Source of the DNA: Oikopleura dioica
Taxonomy: Eukaryota > Animalia > Chordata
Direction of reading: 5' to 3'
NCBI GenBank assembly: GCA_907165135.1
Contig: OU015566.1
Span: 2,976,001-3,040,000 of the forward strand
DNA: 64,000 nucleotides
The position numbers were made by a program, and so were the translations under genes. Shown here piece after piece: positions 60,901 through 64,000 of the stretch (position 1 is its first letter; every line of letters begins with the position of its first letter). Below the pieces are notes generated by a model. It did no database searches, was not told the DNA's origin, and saw nothing but the letters and a program-made list of their open reading frames with translations.

Positions 60901-62207
60901 GTCTGAAAGCGCGATTCTCAGCGAAACCCCCTGGTTGTATCTTTATTTGATTATTCCAACTCTCTCTCCATTTGTTTTTATTCTTTATATGTTCATACAA
61001 GTTGCCAAAGAAGGTTAGAGCTACTGTATTTCGTAATCAATTCTTATGAAATTAAGGCGGAAAACTTCGATCAATGAGGCGAGAAACATCTTTGTCTAGA
61101 AGAAATGCAATGCCAAAAGAATCACTACGGTTTCTTCCTTTTTGGGGAAATTTTCAAGGAAAAAAAATAAATATTTAAGCGGAAAATTCAAAAATCGCGG
61201 TCGAACTCGAACAATATCTGAGATGTCCTCCAATTCCGTCCCTTCGCCGAAAATTCGAATCAAGTAAATATGCTTTTTTAATTCTCAAAAAAATTTCTTT
61301 CAAAAAGAGAGCCAATAATGAAACTCATCAAAAAAGAGAAGAAAACTCGACGATCTTCAAGCTGCTCCGATCTAACCTCTGCTACTGCTCTTTCAAGCCC
61401 GCAGAGTACTCGAACAACATGATGAGTTGAAAATTCGTCTCACCTGTTATTTCATGTTCGCAGCATTCTTTCAGCGAAATATCATCTCTCAAATAAAGCG
61501 TCTTTGAAACTGTGTGTTCATAATTGCCCGTCGCAGTCCGGAAAGTCCCGATAATGACCAATTCTTCTGGCATTCGCGGAAGACCAGGAAACGAAGCGAC
61601 CCATTGAAGGCGAACTTTTGACGTTTCTCCTGGAGTCCTCCAGCGAATCGTGTCCAAAAGCTGGGTGAGATCTCGCTCTCCGCAGCGATACGCTTCTTGA
61701 GACGAGTCGAGTACTTTCCAGTAGCCGCTCGTTTTGTTCGTTTTTAAATCTTTTGCTTGAAGAAAAAACTCGGTGAAGACCAGTCCATTATTCGCAAAGA
61801 CATCCACTTCGACGATGTCTTCTCTTTGGAAGGTGTAATAGACTGGCTTGATTTGAAGACCAGTTTTTGAAGGAACCATACTTGTTCTGACAACGGGACA
61901 CATTTGATCACCGACGTTTTCTTGAGCCTCGATAAACTCATTTTCTGGGACTTTCGCGGATGAATTTTAATTGAAAAATGAGCAAAAATCAATCATCAAT
62001 TTCTCGCGTTCTTTTCATTAAAAAATCCGCTCCTGTAACAGCCGAAATCTCTAGAATCCTTCCATCCCTCGGATCCGTCAACTGTGGCGCCTCTTTCTCT
62101 AGAATCACCTTCTGCGTTGGATAAAGCTGCGAACTCGGAACGCGCTGTCCTGTTCCAGCTTCAAAGTGAGAAAAAGAAATTGCCGCGGCGAAGAAATACT
62201 TGAGCAT
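57920..62207 (-). CDS. Type I membrane protein: Reeler-like, two DB-like Cys modules, somatomedin B, PA14-like, Thr stalk, TM, Ser-rich tail
   Basis: Signal peptide; FTEFFLQAK..SGYW..C..KVRLQW; CC..C..C..C modules; SCVNRC..CQCDTDCTRRGDCCPD; YLAGGGHQIVIEF..LKLAYSGP; TM IISVVIINVVFLFIILAFGFLGFL. 3' end uncertain. Confidence 0.7.
60788..61018 (+). CDS. Possible small single-pass membrane protein nested in a receptor intron
   Basis: 76-aa ORF with a C-terminal hydrophobic segment WLYLYLIIPTLSPFVFILYMFI, inside intron 60517-61443. Confidence 0.35.
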   Translation: MKEDPTLKIKVFPSVFSSASNYGADAIKFNNYEPWMPESESAILSETPWLYLYLIIPTLSPFVFILYMFIQVAKEG

Positions 62208-63034
62208 CTTGGCCCTTATTTTCTTCGCAACCGACAGATTTCACAAAATTTATAAATTTGTTCAAAAAAGAAAGTCAAAAGACAAGCGCGGAGGGATGCA
62301 ATTTTCGCCCGGCGCATCATTCTTTTTAAACAAACGAGGAAGGGATTCCATTCTCGGATTTACGTTCTAATAAATGCCTACAAGAAGACATAGGATTGGA
62401 AAATTCTGGTTCATAAGCGTGAATCTGATTTATATACCATCTTCCGAGTCTTCGTTCAAGTTTCAGAAAAGAATTATTCATAATAAAGTATTGTCAATAC
62501 CTGCTAGTTTACTTAGCCATCACTTTTGAACTTCGCCTAGGTATATCAATTTTTTGGATGCTAGACAATAATTTTTGCTCTTTCGACTTGGCTTTGAATG
62601 ACAGCTTCAAGAAAACGAATCAAGAGTTTAAAAATTCATTGGGAAAAAAAGCTGCAATTGCATTTGATGATTTTTTTATCAACGATGATCGATTAATTAT
62701 AATGAATTCTGTAATTAAAATAAAAAGTCTTCCGCAAAAACCCCCGATAATTTCTTTCACAGAAGCACTGTGATTAAAATCAAATGAGATTCACCCAGAT
62801 CAGAAGCTCGCCTCAGGCGTGAACTTAAAAAGAGAAGAACCAATCAAAGTCGATAGAAAAAAAGGGTTGAGAGAAACGTAGTAAATTTCATTGATTTCCC
62901 TCGCGCCTCTTTATTGATTCAATATTGGCACAAAGAAAAATATATTTATATGAGATATTTCTAAACATCAAAGGTAAGAAAACAAGCAAACTATTTCTCT
63001 GCAAAAAATTATTTGATATTTTGCCATAAATCGG

Positions 63035-63561
63035 GGCATAATACAAATTTTGGAACTTTTCAGCCTTGGACGGGGAAAAAAAGGAACTTTTAAGCTTGGA
63101 CGAGAAAAAAAAAGGAACAGTTAAGCTTGGACGACGAAAAAAAGGAACTGTTAAGCTTGGACGAGGAAAAAAAGGAACTGTTAAGCTTGGAAGAGGAAAA
63201 AAAGGAATTTTCGATTTGGAAAATTTTTTTCAAATTAAATTTTAAGGGTTTTTAAGGCCTCCCGGCCTAATGAAACCCCGTTTAAATGAAAGAGAGGATC
63301 GAAAGGAACATTTTAAGGGGGGTTCCTCTAGGCCGGTAGGCCTCTAACACCCTTAAAATTAAATTTGAAAAAAATTTTCCAAATCGAAAATTCCTTTTTT
63401 TACTCGTCCAAGCTTAGCAGTTCCTTTTTTTCCTCTTCCAAGCTTAAAAGTTCCTTTTTTTCCCCGTCCAAGCTTAAAAGTTCCTTTTTTTCGTCGTCCA
63501 CCCTTAGAAATTCCTTTAACTACTCGTCCAAGCTTAATTGTTCCAAAAATTGTATTACGCC
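63035..63561. mobile_element. 527-bp foldback element with internal ~30-bp tandem repeats (Merlin-like)
   Basis: Ends GGCATAATACAA / TTGTATTACGCC; 8-bp TSD TAAATCGG (63027-63034 / 63562-63569); units like AAGCTTGGACGAGGAAAAAAAGGAACTGTT mirrored on both arms. Confidence 0.9.
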
Positions 63562-64000
63562 TAAATCGGAGATGAAAAAGATAAGACGAAAAATCGCCCC
63601 TTCAAATTGAAATCTTTGAATTTTAAATTGTTATTTTTCTAGACAAGTTTTTTCTTTACTTAAATTTTACTATCTGCGCTTTTATAGCCTCTCGAGACTG
63701 GGCCGGATTGGGCAATAAAAATCTGTTGACCTTTTATATTCACGAAACAAAAAAATTCAGAAACGCGCGGAAAAAACAACAGTCAAACGAACTAAAAAGC
63801 TAATTGAAAATTGAAAAGAGAAAACAAAAAGAAGCGCTGGAAAAGCGGGTCAACTATTTGGCTTTCAATGGAGAATGCAGTTTGCTGGAAACAAGAGGAT
63901 AAAAATTAAGAAACCGGGCTCTGAAATTGAAGGAAAATCTTTTTAAGGAAAATTTTAAGCGAAAATTTCTGAAAAAATAATTATTTTTTCGTTTTAAGGG

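Noticed and set aside
63047-63610. Tandem ~30-bp repeats as a CRISPR array, and the SSSKL-repeat ORF
   Set aside because: Eukaryotic context, no unique spacers, and the units are mirrored inside a TSD-flanked foldback element.

Overview
Very compact eukaryotic genomic DNA. Introns of 40-50 bp, occasional GC-AG introns, intergenic gaps under 150 bp, nested genes and expanded Cys-rich/kelch-like families point to the larvacean tunicate Oikopleura (inference from style, not from a search). The minus strand carries a run of housekeeping genes that looks like an operon: GNL1, a UEV-RING fusion, PGAP2, a Rap/Ras GTPase, STEEP1, ILF2, NUP54, MRRF and RRS1. STEEP1 is split inside a coding exon by a young Ty3/Gypsy LTR retrotransposon (37873-44354, apparently identical 256-bp LTRs, TGAG TSD). 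The window also holds a multi-CTLD lectin, a Speedy/RINGO gene, a delphilin-like formin with an apparently degenerate dimerisation interface, three paralogues of a Thr-rich/Cys-domain membrane family (two nested in a NUP54 intron), a ~3-kb tandem duplication of a 4-TM gene, an O-fucosyltransferase/sulfotransferase fusion, a Kunitz inhibitor, tRNA-Gln(CTG), a Reeler-DB-SMB-PA14 receptor, and many non-autonomous DNA transposons. All homology calls come from motifs I recognised by eye, and all exon structures were spliced by hand.
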